64,000 nt of DNA from an uncultured euryarchaeote (GTDB lineage: Archaea; Thermoplasmatota; Poseidoniia; Poseidoniales; Poseidoniaceae): NCBI GenBank assembly GCA_937892945.1, contig CALBIL010000096.1, forward strand, positions 52,489 through 116,488. The letters run 5' to 3'. Below are positions 34,744-44,730 of the stretch, piece after piece; the stretch's first letter is position 1, and each line of letters begins with the position of its first letter. A program made the position numbers and the translations under genes. Below the pieces are notes generated by a model, which was not told the DNA's origin, searched no databases, and saw nothing but the letters and a program-made list of their open reading frames with translations.

Positions 34744-36776
34744 TGTACATCCTCCTGGAATAATTCTTCGAGTAAGTCATCGTTCATGTGATTTGGCAAT
34801 GTGACTCGTAGCAGTGGCTCGGAATCCATCGCTCTTTGAATGGCAAACTCTGCACCCTCGTTACGTGCCCAGGCTCGACGAGCAACGCCATTGTTGACAT
34901 CCCAGTGCAACATTCGCTGAAGTTTCGATTCACACTCATCGCTTCCATCAAGCAGCATTCCAAATCCGCCATTTACGACTTCACCCCATCCTACGCCGCC
35001 ACCGTTGTGGAGGCTAACCCATGTAGCGCCACGGAATGCATCACCGACGAAATTTTGTACGGCCATATCTGCAGTTTGTATCGAACCATCGCGGATGTTT
35101 GCAGTTTCTCTGTATGGACTATCCGTACCTGAAACATCATGGTGATCTCTCCCGAGAACAATCGGGCCAGAGAGAAGACCATTACCAATGGCTGCATTCA
35201 TTGCAGAAGCAATTTTCCTTCGACCTTCGTCGTCAGCATACAAGATTCTTGCTTGACTCCCAACGACCATGTCATTTGCCCCTGCGCCACGAATCCATCG
35301 GATATTATCGATTAATTGCTGTCGAATTTCAAGAGGTGAACTTGGCAACATTTCTTCGAGAACTTGGCAAGCAATATCATCGGTAATTTTCAAATCTGCG
35401 GGGTCACCTGAACAACAAACCCATCGGTAGGGACCGAAACCGTAGTCAAAACATATTGGACCCATGATATCTTCAACATAACTCGGATATCGAAATCCAC
35501 CTTCTTCCGTCATAACATCTGCTCCAGCGCGACTTGCTTCAAGTAAAAACGCATTTCCGTAATCCCAGAAATACATTCCGTTCTCAGACATTTTATTGAT
35601 CGCATCCGCATGGCGCCGGAGCGTTGAACGTACTTCATCGGCAAAACGTTCTGGCTCGTCTGAAAGCATAGACGCAGCATCGTCATAGGAATGGCCTACC
35701 GGGAAGTACCCTCCTTGGAAGGGGTTGTGTAAACTGGTTTGGTCACTACCAAGATCTACCGATATATCGCGCTCGACTAATCGTTCCCAAAGTTCGACAA
35801 TGTTGCCGATGTAACCGATTGAAAGAGGAGATTTACTTTCTGCCGCCGCAACCATTTGGTCGATGGCATCATCAACATCATCGGTTACAGTTGTAAGCCA
35901 ACCTTGTTCATGTCGTTTATGAGCTGCATGTGAATTTGATTCAGCAACAATACAAGAGGCACCGGCAATAACCGCTGCCTTGGCTTGCGCCCCAGACATT
36001 CCTCCGAGTCCTGAGGTGACAAATGTAACACCACCAAGACCCTCGTCACCACCAAGCCCGAGATGAGAACGTGCCGCATTTAGAAGAGTTATGGTCGTAC
36101 CATGGACGATTCCTTGTGGACCAATATACATGTATGAACCCGCAGTCATTTGACCGTATTGCGTGACTCCAAGTGCGTTCATCCGTTCGTAATTATCTTG
36201 AGATGATGCATTTGGGATGACCATTCCGTTGGTAACAATGACTCGAGGTGCGTCAGGTAATGAGGGGAAGAGTCCGAGTGGGTGGCCCGAGTAAATGACA
36301 AGCGTTTGTGATTCCGTCATGTTGCAAAGATATGCCATAACCAGTCGATATTGAGCCCAGTTTTGGAAGACTGAGCCGTTGCCGCCATACGTGATAAGTT
36401 CGTGTGGGAATTGAGCAACAGCCGGGTCGAGATTATTTTGAATCATCAACATAATTGATGCTGCTTGACTGCATTTGGCTGGATAAGCGTCGATTGGATG
36501 CGCCCGCATTTCATATCCCGTGGGCCGGTAACGCCACATAATAATTCGGCCAAATGAATTTAATTCTCCCAAAAACTCTCTTGCGAGTACTTTGTGTTGA
36601 TCGTTTGGGAAATAGCGTAATGCGTTACGAAGGGCTAGTTTCTTCTCTTGTGGAGTGAGTATCTGGCGCCGCGGGGGTGCGTGGTCAACAGTATCATCCC
36701 ATTTGGGGCAGGGTGGGATGGTATCAGGTATACCTTCACCCAGACTCATCCAAAGTGCAGATGTTTTGGCCCCCAT
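34740..36776 (-). CDS. hutU: urocanate hydratase (long, about 680-aa form)
   Basis: LALRNALRYFP, GGMSGAQAKA, GPQGIVHGT and LHNGGGVGWGE motifs. Confidence 0.95.
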   Translation of the reverse strand: MGAKTSALWMSLGEGIPDTIPPCPKWDDTVDHAPPRRQILTPQEKKLALRNALRYFPNDQHKVLAREFLGELNSFGRIIMWRYRPTGYEMRAHPIDAYPAKCSQAASIMLMIQNNLDPAVAQFPHELITYGGNGSVFQNWAQYRLVMAYLCNMTESQTLVIYSGHPLGLFPSLPDAPRVIVTNGMVIPNASSQDNYERMNALGVTQYGQMTAGSYMYIGPQGIVHGTTITLLNAARSHLGLGGDEGLGGVTFVTSGLGGMSGAQAKAAVIAGASCIVAESNSHAAHKRHEQGWLTTVTDDVDDAIDQMVAAAESKSPLSIGYIGNIVELWERLVERDISVDLGSDQTSLHNPFQGGYFPVGHSYDDAASMLSDEPERFADEVRSTLRRHADAINKMSENGMYFWDYGNAFLLEASRAGADVMTEEGGFRYPSYVEDIMGPICFDYGFGPYRWVCCSGDPADLKITDDIACQVLEEMLPSSPLEIRQQLIDNIRWIRGAGANDMVVGSQARILYADDEGRRKIASAMNAAIGNGLLSGPIVLGRDHHDVSGTDSPYRETANIRDGSIQTADMAVQNFVGDAFRGATWVSLHNGGGVGWGEVVNGGFGMLLDGSDECESKLQRMLHWDVNNGVARRAWARNEGAEFAIQRAMDSEPLLRVTLPNHMNDDLLEELFQEDVQ

Positions 36777-36841
36777 GTTTGTTCCTTGGAGGTATTGCCC
36801 TTGAGCATTCTTATGAGCGCCTCACAAACCAATGCTTCAAA

Positions 36842-38089
36842 TCAGGCGCTTCGATTACGAGCCCCAGGCTTCCATAGTGTGAATATAAGACCGGAACACA
36901 TCATCAGTATGGCGAATATTTGAAATCCATATTGGAGTGAAACAATGTCTTTTTCCAGTAGATATCCAGCACTTGCACTTGAAATGGAGAAGGTGAGCGA
37001 CATGATAAGCATGTCAATTGAGAACACCCGGCCACGGATTTCATCTTCAACCCACATTTGGGTTAATATCGTTGACAAGACCCAATTTGCACCACTTGCA
37101 GAATGGGCGAGCATCACTAAGAATACAGTTAGCCATACATTAATCCCAAGTGTATAGCCGACAAAGAAGTAGAAAAATCCAGAAACCATTACCAATACTC
37201 CAATCAACATTGGCCACTTTTCTTGGTCTGTTAGGAACTTACGTGCGAGAATGGGGCCAGTTCCTGTGCCAATTCCACGTGCGAAAAAGAATAATCCGAA
37301 TCCAAGCGCCACACCGAATCCATCTACGTTCGAACCGGCAATGACCAGAAATACACCAGCCAATCCTCCTCCCGCTATATTCCATGATGCCTTTGCGAAT
37401 ACGATTCGTAGCAATCGCGCTTCTTGAGTAATACGAGTCCAGCCTTTTCGGATGTTTGAAAACGCTGTCGAAAGCAATGGCCCAGAGAGTTCCTTGTCAA
37501 TGGTTTGAGGAATGGTCAATGGTAGCAACAGTATGGCACCGAATAAGAAGGTACCAGCATCGATAATAAACGCAGCATCGGTCCCAAAATACTCAACGAC
37601 GATACCACCAAGCATTGCTCCTAAACACAGAGCAGTCGACCACGATGCAGCGTCCAGGGCATTTGCTGTAGCCAAATCTTCTTTCGATACCACATTGGGC
37701 AGAGCTGCACGTTCGGCGGTAACATATGCACCGTGCAGCAACATCATGAGCCCAGATAGTCCCAGCATCCAAGGTATGTCTTCAGGACCGTCAACTGCTA
37801 AGAATCCGAGTGCCAGAAACATTTGGAGAACATTCGACCAAACCATGATGTGTTTACGATCCATTCGGTCTGCAAGTAAACCACTAATCGGTTGAAGCAA
37901 GGCAAAGCAGAGCATTCGAACAGTGAATAAGATACCAAGTAAAAATTCAGAATCCGTATATTTGAATATTAAGAGGAACAGTGCAATTGTATTGAACCAT
38001 TCACCCAGCATCGAAATGACAGATGCAAGCCATAACCGCCTAAATTTAGAATTTGAAGTAATGAGGTCCCAATAACCAATCTTTGTCAT
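36842..38089 (-). CDS. MFS transporter
   Basis: 415 aa with about 12 hydrophobic spans. The GLLADRMDRKHIM loop 2-3 motif is present. ATGA overlap with the stop of the upstream oxidoreductase. Confidence 0.8.
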   Translation of the reverse strand: MTKIGYWDLITSNSKFRRLWLASVISMLGEWFNTIALFLLIFKYTDSEFLLGILFTVRMLCFALLQPISGLLADRMDRKHIMVWSNVLQMFLALGFLAVDGPEDIPWMLGLSGLMMLLHGAYVTAERAALPNVVSKEDLATANALDAASWSTALCLGAMLGGIVVEYFGTDAAFIIDAGTFLFGAILLLPLTIPQTIDKELSGPLLSTAFSNIRKGWTRITQEARLLRIVFAKASWNIAGGGLAGVFLVIAGSNVDGFGVALGFGLFFFARGIGTGTGPILARKFLTDQEKWPMLIGVLVMVSGFFYFFVGYTLGINVWLTVFLVMLAHSASGANWVLSTILTQMWVEDEIRGRVFSIDMLIMSLTFSISSASAGYLLEKDIVSLQYGFQIFAILMMCSGLIFTLWKPGARNRSA

Positions 38090-40383
38090 TCCTCTTCATC
38101 TCCCTTCGAAAGGGACAGTTTGGATTCAAGTGACACTTCTATCCATTTAGAAGTGGGTGTGTTTGAGACTGCGGCTGTTGAATTCAAGGGGACTAAGGAG
38201 TTCGCCTCTGGGAAATATGTGGCGATGTTTTTCCGAGGTATTTCATAAGCGACTGCAAGCCACCCATCCGAATGTCGCTTCTCACCTTCAAAATGACTTG
38301 TAATCGAGAGTTTTTGACGGTTTTTCCAGCCCCTTTCAACCATGTCGAGGGCGTTCATCAACACGATTCTCCGATTTCCACTCAGCCCTCGGTATCTATC
38401 GTGGACATCATAAATTGTAGTGTTGTATTGGTCGTGAGAGCGGATTGTCATCATGATGAATCGGTCAGCATCAATTGAAAGGTTTGGTAGTGGATGCGTG
38501 GTAAAATGGGCTTTACCAGATGGCGTTGAAAAAGTACGAGTGTCTCGAGGGGGATTTGGGAGTAAAAATCCATTTTCATTTCTGACTCGCTGATTATAGT
38601 TATCGAATCCATCGAGTGAACGTTCCATCAAATCGCGTATACGATCGTAGTTTTCTGACAAGTCAAGCCACTTGATTGGGGAATCTGTGAACAGATTTGA
38701 GGCAAGGTGGGAGACGATCCATGGCTCACTTCGCAATTCCTTCGATGCTGGTTGAAGGCCACCACGTGATTGATGTACAATACCCATGGAGTTCTCGACT
38801 GTGACAAATTGAGTCACCTCTCCTTGGACATCAAGCTCGGTGCGTCCAAGGCATGGTAAGATAATCGCTTGTTCACCGGTCACCAGATGTGAACGGTTGA
38901 GTTTGGTTGAAACTTGAACCGTAAGTCCAACCTTGCGTAATCCTTCAGCCGTTGCGTGGGTGTCAGGGGTTGCAGAAATGAAGTTCCCTCCCATACAAAA
39001 GAAGACATCAACATCCCCCTCTCTCATCGCATGTATCGCCTTGACGACATCGTAACCATGTTCTTTCGGTATCGAGATATTCAATCCCTCTTCCATTTTT
39101 TTGATGAAGGAGGGTGGTGGTGCCTCCCAAATACCTACAGTGCGGTCACCTTGAACATTGGAATGGCCGCGGACTGGGCAGAAACCTGCACCAGGCCGAC
39201 CTACATGCCCCCCCATGAGAAGAAGATTGACGATTTCTTGTATGACCGATACCCCATTTGGTTGCTGTGTGAGACCCATTGCCCAACATGCAATGGTAGC
39301 TTTTGATTTGGCTAATACCTTGCCGACTTGAATAATGAGTTCCTTCTCAATCCCAGAATTCAATTCAAGGACTGGCCAAGAATACGAGTTTGCATCTTCG
39401 ACCATAGATTGGAACCCTTCGGTATCATTGTCTATAAATTCTTGATCTAAACCGCCAAACTCAGAATGTACTTTGATAAATCCTTTCATCAAAGCAGCAT
39501 CACCGCCAATACGCACAGGTAGGTGGTAATCTGCGAGTTTCGTGGTCCCAAAGTCTAATTTCATGTAATCTTGAGGGTGTTTAAAACGTTCAAGACCAGC
39601 CTCAGGTAAAGGGTTGATGTGGACTATTGTGGCCCCTTTGTTTTTTGCATCACGCAAAGCAGTTAGCATTCGTGGATGATTTGTCCCTGGGTTTTGACCA
39701 ATCACCATAATCACATCAGCATGATTGAAATCTTCAAGATGCACTGTTCCCTTGCCAATACCAATGGTTGGGCCAAGGCCTTTACCACTCGATTCATGAC
39801 ACATATTCGAGCAATCAGGAAGATTATTGGTACCGATACTGCGGACCATGGCTTGGTAGAGGAATGCCGCTTCGTTACTCGTTCGCCCAGATGTGTAAAA
39901 TACAGAACGATCGGGGTTATTCATTGATTTAAGTTCTGAAGCAATTATTTCGAATGCTCTTTGCCACGTGATCGGAACATAGTGCGAACTGCCTTTCTCG
40001 AGGTGCATTGGATGGGTGAGCCGACCCTGTTTGTTCAGCCAGTAATCACTTTGTTCAGAGAGTTCTTGAACGCTGTGCTTTGCAAAGAATTCTGGCGTAA
40101 CTCTATTTTTTGTTGCTTCATCGGCTACTGCCTTTGCTCCGTTTTCACAAAACTCGAAATGTGTACGATGTTGTGGATCGGGCCAAGCACATCCAGGACA
40201 ATCGAAACCATTCTGCTGGTTAACCATCGTGAGAGTTTTTGCAGAACGTATCAATCCCATTTTTTTGATACCGTGTTTGAGTGATGAGGTGACTGCTGGA
40301 ATCCCCGCTGCCATTTTCTTCGGTTTCTTTATTTTTAATGAGCGGAGGTCTGGTGGAGTGTCTGCTCGAACATCATCCCTCAT
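38086..40383 (-). CDS. molybdopterin oxidoreductase, FdhF/YdeP family
   Basis: GFDCPGCAWPDP (the YdeP-type N-terminal Cys cluster), CSNMCHESSG and GQNPGTNHPRM. The track start 40449 is TTG and overlaps fdhD, so I trimmed it to ATG 40383. There is no in-frame TGA. Confidence 0.85.
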   Translation of the reverse strand: MRDDVRADTPPDLRSLKIKKPKKMAAGIPAVTSSLKHGIKKMGLIRSAKTLTMVNQQNGFDCPGCAWPDPQHRTHFEFCENGAKAVADEATKNRVTPEFFAKHSVQELSEQSDYWLNKQGRLTHPMHLEKGSSHYVPITWQRAFEIIASELKSMNNPDRSVFYTSGRTSNEAAFLYQAMVRSIGTNNLPDCSNMCHESSGKGLGPTIGIGKGTVHLEDFNHADVIMVIGQNPGTNHPRMLTALRDAKNKGATIVHINPLPEAGLERFKHPQDYMKLDFGTTKLADYHLPVRIGGDAALMKGFIKVHSEFGGLDQEFIDNDTEGFQSMVEDANSYSWPVLELNSGIEKELIIQVGKVLAKSKATIACWAMGLTQQPNGVSVIQEIVNLLLMGGHVGRPGAGFCPVRGHSNVQGDRTVGIWEAPPPSFIKKMEEGLNISIPKEHGYDVVKAIHAMREGDVDVFFCMGGNFISATPDTHATAEGLRKVGLTVQVSTKLNRSHLVTGEQAIILPCLGRTELDVQGEVTQFVTVENSMGIVHQSRGGLQPASKELRSEPWIVSHLASNLFTDSPIKWLDLSENYDRIRDLMERSLDGFDNYNQRVRNENGFLLPNPPRDTRTFSTPSGKAHFTTHPLPNLSIDADRFIMMTIRSHDQYNTTIYDVHDRYRGLSGNRRIVLMNALDMVERGWKNRQKLSITSHFEGEKRHSDGWLAVAYEIPRKNIATYFPEANSLVPLNSTAAVSNTPTSKWIEVSLESKLSLSKGDEEE

Positions 40384-40435
40384 ACGCTCACCAAGTCGTC
40401 CTGCGTAGGGGGGGTTCTCAAGGCTTGTTGTATAC

Positions 40436-41206
40436 TCAGTGGGAAACAAGGCCTATTGCGACACAGCTTTCAGGCTTCATGAAGGAAAAAATCCGCATCC
40501 CAAGGCTTCGCGCAGTATCTGCTGCTAAAGATGAGCACGCACCGATGCAAACAATTGTCCCGATACCCGAACGAGCGGCTTTCGCAACGAGGTCCCACCC
40601 GCATCTGCCTGAAAGTAAGAGTAATTCCTCTTCAAAAGAAACACTCCCGGACAAACCACTTCCAATAGATTTGTCAACTGCATTATGTCGCCCGATGTCC
40701 TCTCTTAGATGTCGTAAACCAAGTTGGTGATTCCAAAGTGCTGCAGCATGCATACCACCGGTTTCAGTAAAACCAATTTGGAGTGTCTTCATCGACTCTA
40801 AGGCTTGATAAAGAACAGAATGATGAATTGGTTGGTGTGATTTTGTAAAAGCTGGTAGTCCATCCATTAATTCTTCCAGTCCATCTGCATTACAAGCACC
40901 GCAAGATGAAGTGATCACTCGTTGATTTGATTCTAATGGTGGAATCGGTTGGTTGATGGAAACAAGTACTGAACCACTCTTCGTTTGTTCGGAGATAATT
41001 TCCGCATCTGGAAAGCATCCGTATCCTTCACTGTATGCATGGCCGAGAAACAAATCCTCTAGGTCCGTGGGTGTTCCAAGTAAACTTGCAATTTTATTCT
41101 CTGCTGACAGCAAATGAATGAGCGTCTCACTGGCTAATTGATCTTCGGCCAGATGAGTGCCTCCCGCTGAATATCGGTGAATACCTATGCGGCGGCTACG
41201 CTCCAT
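40436..41206 (-). CDS. fdhD: formate dehydrogenase accessory sulfurtransferase FdhD
   Basis: ITSSCGACN catalytic loop, GGMHAAAL and LLLSGRCGWDLVAKAARSGI. Confidence 0.85.
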   Translation of the reverse strand: MERSRRIGIHRYSAGGTHLAEDQLASETLIHLLSAENKIASLLGTPTDLEDLFLGHAYSEGYGCFPDAEIISEQTKSGSVLVSINQPIPPLESNQRVITSSCGACNADGLEELMDGLPAFTKSHQPIHHSVLYQALESMKTLQIGFTETGGMHAAALWNHQLGLRHLREDIGRHNAVDKSIGSGLSGSVSFEEELLLLSGRCGWDLVAKAARSGIGTIVCIGACSSLAADTARSLGMRIFSFMKPESCVAIGLVSH

Positions 41207-41222
41207 GATACGCTATTCAACA

Positions 41223-41783
41223 TCAACTTGAAGTCTCTTCGGATTCATCTGGTCGTTCGATATCGAAAAACTCGAATTGTAAATCGACTAATTCACTACT
41301 GGATTTTGCTTCTGCGTATGCATCTAAAGGTTCCTTATTGAGTTCGAAAAACCGCTCACCCCACCTGAATGCACCAAGGACTTCCCTCGCCTGTTCCTTT
41401 TCACCGATGAGGTACAGTACTGTTGCAAGCGCTTCAGCCGTTGTAAGGCGCCCAGGTTTCCCCCAATTGACGGGGTTTGCTGCTAAGAGAAGAGGTAACA
41501 TGCGCGGTTGGAGGCGCGTTTTATTCATGACTTGGCGCACACTTTCCTCGATGTGTGCCCAACTGCAATCAAGGCCGACGAGTGAGCCGCCTTTGAGAAG
41601 TAATTGATGATCCTCAGGTCCAAACACCTTCCCGCACAATGGTTCGAGTATGATACCCCTCTTTGGAAGCGTATTGAGGCGTTTGTGTAAACGGAGATTT
41701 CCACGTTTTGAAGCAAGAACGGCGGTGTTTTTCTTCGGGTCATCCTGAGCAAGCCAAACCGCATGAACAGATATCTTGGGCAT
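41223..41783 (-). CDS. tsr3: 16S rRNA aminocarboxypropyltransferase Tsr3
   Basis: WLAQDDPKKNTA, GLDCSWAHIE, LLAANPVNWGKPGRLTTAEALATVLYLIG and FRWGERFFELN. ATG 41783 lies 4 nt after the mbf1 stop. The track start is TTG. Confidence 0.85.
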   Translation of the reverse strand: MPKISVHAVWLAQDDPKKNTAVLASKRGNLRLHKRLNTLPKRGIILEPLCGKVFGPEDHQLLLKGGSLVGLDCSWAHIEESVRQVMNKTRLQPRMLPLLLAANPVNWGKPGRLTTAEALATVLYLIGEKEQAREVLGAFRWGERFFELNKEPLDAYAEAKSSSELVDLQFEFFDIERPDESEETSS

Positions 41784-41787
41784 AGAC

Positions 41788-42291
41788 TCACCGGAGGTCG
41801 TCAAGGTAATCGCCAAGCGTCATTCCACGTCCTGTTGAATTGTCGACACGCTGTGTTTCCGAGGGAGTTGAAGATTCAAAGAGTGTTATCGAAAGAACTC
41901 TTTCAAATTTCTTAAGGACTGGGTCGGTTGGTCTTTTGCCACTTTCTGTAGATTTGATGATGTTTACTGTTTCAGCCATTCGCTTGCCGAGTGTCGATTG
42001 GTTCCAACCTTTGGCCTTACGGCCATTCGTAATTCGCAAAGCATAATCGTCGACGAGTTCTAATGTCGATTTAAGCATGATGTCTTTGCCTTTCTTTCCT
42101 TTAGCAGAATAGGCGGTAAGATGAGCCGGGCGCGCATTCATACTTTGAGCACGTGCCAAACCTGGTGCGGTCTCCTTTGGCCCGAGGTTCATTTTATCAG
42201 AACAACGTGCGCAAGCAGTAACTTCTGCCTTCCCCATTTTGACATGACGGACACTGACTTTCATTGCACCACATAATTCGCAATCAGCCAT
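41788..42291 (-). CDS. mbf1: archaeal multiprotein bridging factor 1 (zinc ribbon plus HTH)
   Basis: MADCELCG...CARCS ribbon and an HTH_3-like segment GWNQSTLGKRMAETVNIIKSTESGKRPTDPVLKKFERVL. I trimmed the start to ATG 42291. Confidence 0.85.
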   Translation of the reverse strand: MADCELCGAMKVSVRHVKMGKAEVTACARCSDKMNLGPKETAPGLARAQSMNARPAHLTAYSAKGKKGKDIMLKSTLELVDDYALRITNGRKAKGWNQSTLGKRMAETVNIIKSTESGKRPTDPVLKKFERVLSITLFESSTPSETQRVDNSTGRGMTLGDYLDDLR

Positions 42292-42409
42292 GCCACTCAG
42301 TCCCACTTCGTGGTCACGGCGACTGTCTTTGAAGCCTTCGGAAGGATAGACAGCAATTTGCAAGAGCGACGACTTAACAAACTGTAGCCACGACGAGTGT
42401 TTGAGTCCA

Positions 42410-43630
42410 ATGAGTTCTGAGGTTGAAAAAAACAATATCCCTCATTCATCACACTCTGATGATGAGATTAAAAAATTAGAAGAAGACTATCAAAAACTTC
42501 TTGATGATTCACAGAATTTAATCAACGAGCGTTCCTATCTTGAAACTGAGATACGCACCCTGAAAAAAAGGGCTACACGACTCGATGATGAAGTCCGATT
42601 GCTGAAAACACCACCTCTTATTATTGGACATCTGCAAGATGTTCTGGACGAACGTACTGCCATTGTACGCTCATCAAATGGTACGGTATTCCAAGTCTCC
42701 TTGAATCAACGCCTCGATCCTGAGCGATTAAAACCAGGCACTCGCGTTGCATTAAATCAAGATACTTTAGCAGTAATTGAAGTTCTGCATGAAGCATGGG
42801 ATCCAATGGTAAGTGGTGCAGAAATGGTTGAGAAACCTGATGTAACGTACGATTCAGTTGCAGGACTTGATGAGCAAATCCAAACTATACGAGAAGCAAT
42901 AGAATTGCCACTTCTCGAACCTAAACTCTTCACCGATATTGGGATTGTCCCCCCAAAGGGAATTTTACTCGTCGGTCCACCCGGTTGTGGAAAAACACTC
43001 CTTGCAAAAGCCGTAGCACATCACACAGATGCAACGTTCATCCGAATGGTTGGCAGCGAACTGGCTCAAAAATACATTGGCGAGGGTGGAAGAATGGTGA
43101 GGGAATTATTTTCCTTAGCCAAGGAAAAATCTCCATCGATTATTTTCCTCGATGAAATTGATGCCATTGGCGCCAAAAGATTGGATGGTTCAACAAGTGG
43201 AGACCGTGAAGTTCAGAGAACATTGATGCAATTACTTGCAGAACTCGATGGATTTGATTCTCTTGAAGATGTCAAGATTATTGCTGCAACAAATCGCCCA
43301 GATATTCTTGATGATGCGTTGTTGCGCCCCGGTCGTTTCGACCGTATTGTAACCATACCTCTTCCAGATGCAGTGGGTCGCAAAGCCATTCTCGCTCTGC
43401 ATATCTCTAAAATGTCAACTTCAAGGATAAATTTGAAGGCTATTGTCGATAAAACAGAAGGCTATTCCGGTGCTGAACTCAAGGCAATCAGCGTTGAGGC
43501 TGGAATGGTTGCAATTCGTGATAAGCGAAACAAAATCACTCAGGCAGATATTCTTCTTGCTGTGGAAAGGATTCAGATTAAGAAATCTACCAGTGGTGTG
43601 ACTTCCTCACCGGATGCCCTATACGGATGA
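42410..43630 (+). CDS. pan: proteasome-activating nucleotidase (AAA+ Rpt homologue)
   Basis: Coiled-coil N-terminus, OB segment, Walker A GPPGCGKTLLAKAVA, Walker B IIFLDEIDA and ATNRPDILDDALLRPGRFD. The track start is TTG 42401. The first ATG is 42410. Confidence 0.95.
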   Translation: MSSEVEKNNIPHSSHSDDEIKKLEEDYQKLLDDSQNLINERSYLETEIRTLKKRATRLDDEVRLLKTPPLIIGHLQDVLDERTAIVRSSNGTVFQVSLNQRLDPERLKPGTRVALNQDTLAVIEVLHEAWDPMVSGAEMVEKPDVTYDSVAGLDEQIQTIREAIELPLLEPKLFTDIGIVPPKGILLVGPPGCGKTLLAKAVAHHTDATFIRMVGSELAQKYIGEGGRMVRELFSLAKEKSPSIIFLDEIDAIGAKRLDGSTSGDREVQRTLMQLLAELDGFDSLEDVKIIAATNRPDILDDALLRPGRFDRIVTIPLPDAVGRKAILALHISKMSTSRINLKAIVDKTEGYSGAELKAISVEAGMVAIRDKRNKITQADILLAVERIQIKKSTSGVTSSPDALYG

Positions 43631-43683
43631 TTTCCTTCTGTTGAAGCGTTAACATTCAAGTCCTGCCTCTTTAACCTCGACGC

Positions 43684-44730
43684 ATGGAAGCGATAGTTGA
43701 ATGCGTACCGAATATCTCTGAGGGCCGTGATTCTGATAAAATCAACCGGATCATATCGGTCGTCCTCGGCATTGATGGATGTGCTGTACTGGGTGTAGAG
43801 CCGGACAGCGATTACAATAGAACTGTAATCACCATTGCAGGTGAGCCAGAAGCCGTTAAAGAGGCTGCATTTTTGCTTATTCAAAAGGCAACTGAAGAAA
43901 TCGATATGACTGCGCATGAAGGCGAACACCCACGTCTTGGTGCAGTTGATGTTTGTCCGTTTGTCCCGTTGAAAGGGTTCAGTATGGATGACTGCGTCAA
44001 ATTGGCTCATTCTTTAGCCCAACGCGTTGGAGATGAATGTAATGTCCCGACATTCTTGTATGGCGCAGCATCTCTCAATGAAGAGAAGAATTTACTTTCA
44101 ACAATTCGCAAAGGTCAATATGAAGGCTTAGAAGCGCGGTTAAGCGGTGGCGAAACACCTCATTCTGAGCACACACGGTTTCCAGATCATGGGCCAAAAG
44201 AATGGACTGAGCAAGCAAAACGCTCTGGTGGAATCACGATTGGAGCGCGTGGAATCTTAGTTGCATACAACGTCAATATAGACGAACCTGATGCAGTTGT
44301 AGCGAAGAAAATAGCCTCACTTGTTCGATCAACAGGACGCCTCATCAAGCGACCCGACGGCAGAAAAATGCGAATCAGTGGAGTTTTACCAATGGTGCAA
44401 GGGATGGGTGTTTCACTTGAAACTCATGGAATAAGTCAAGTTTCAATGAATTTACGAGATGTCGAACAATGTCCTATGCATGTAGCCTATGAAGCTTGCA
44501 AAAGTATTGCAAACGACCATGGTATTGTAGCGCCAGGAAGTGAACTTGTTGGATTAGTCCCTCTCGAAGCAATGCTGGTGTCTGGTCGCTGGTATGCAGC
44601 AGAAGGAGAAACGGATGAACACGTACTCGTGAAGGCAGCAATAGAAGGATTAGGATTAAGTCAACTTGAACCGTTTGCACCTGGAAAAAGAATAATTGAA
44701 TGGGCTTTGCTTGAGGCGGTGAATCGATGA
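43684..44730 (+). CDS. ftcD: glutamate formimidoyltransferase
   Basis: The N-terminus MEAIVECVPNISEGRD, plus GEHPRLGAVDVCPFVP, is the formiminotransferase signature. Confidence 0.9.
   Translation: MEAIVECVPNISEGRDSDKINRIISVVLGIDGCAVLGVEPDSDYNRTVITIAGEPEAVKEAAFLLIQKATEEIDMTAHEGEHPRLGAVDVCPFVPLKGFSMDDCVKLAHSLAQRVGDECNVPTFLYGAASLNEEKNLLSTIRKGQYEGLEARLSGGETPHSEHTRFPDHGPKEWTEQAKRSGGITIGARGILVAYNVNIDEPDAVVAKKIASLVRSTGRLIKRPDGRKMRISGVLPMVQGMGVSLETHGISQVSMNLRDVEQCPMHVAYEACKSIANDHGIVAPGSELVGLVPLEAMLVSGRWYAAEGETDEHVLVKAAIEGLGLSQLEPFAPGKRIIEWALLEAVNR

Noticed and set aside
38086-40383. Selenocysteine recoding in the formate-dehydrogenase-like molybdoenzyme
   Set aside because: The frame is uninterrupted, and the CSNMCHESSG segment (which I take to be the active-site region) contains ordinary Cys codons. 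There is no in-frame TGA.
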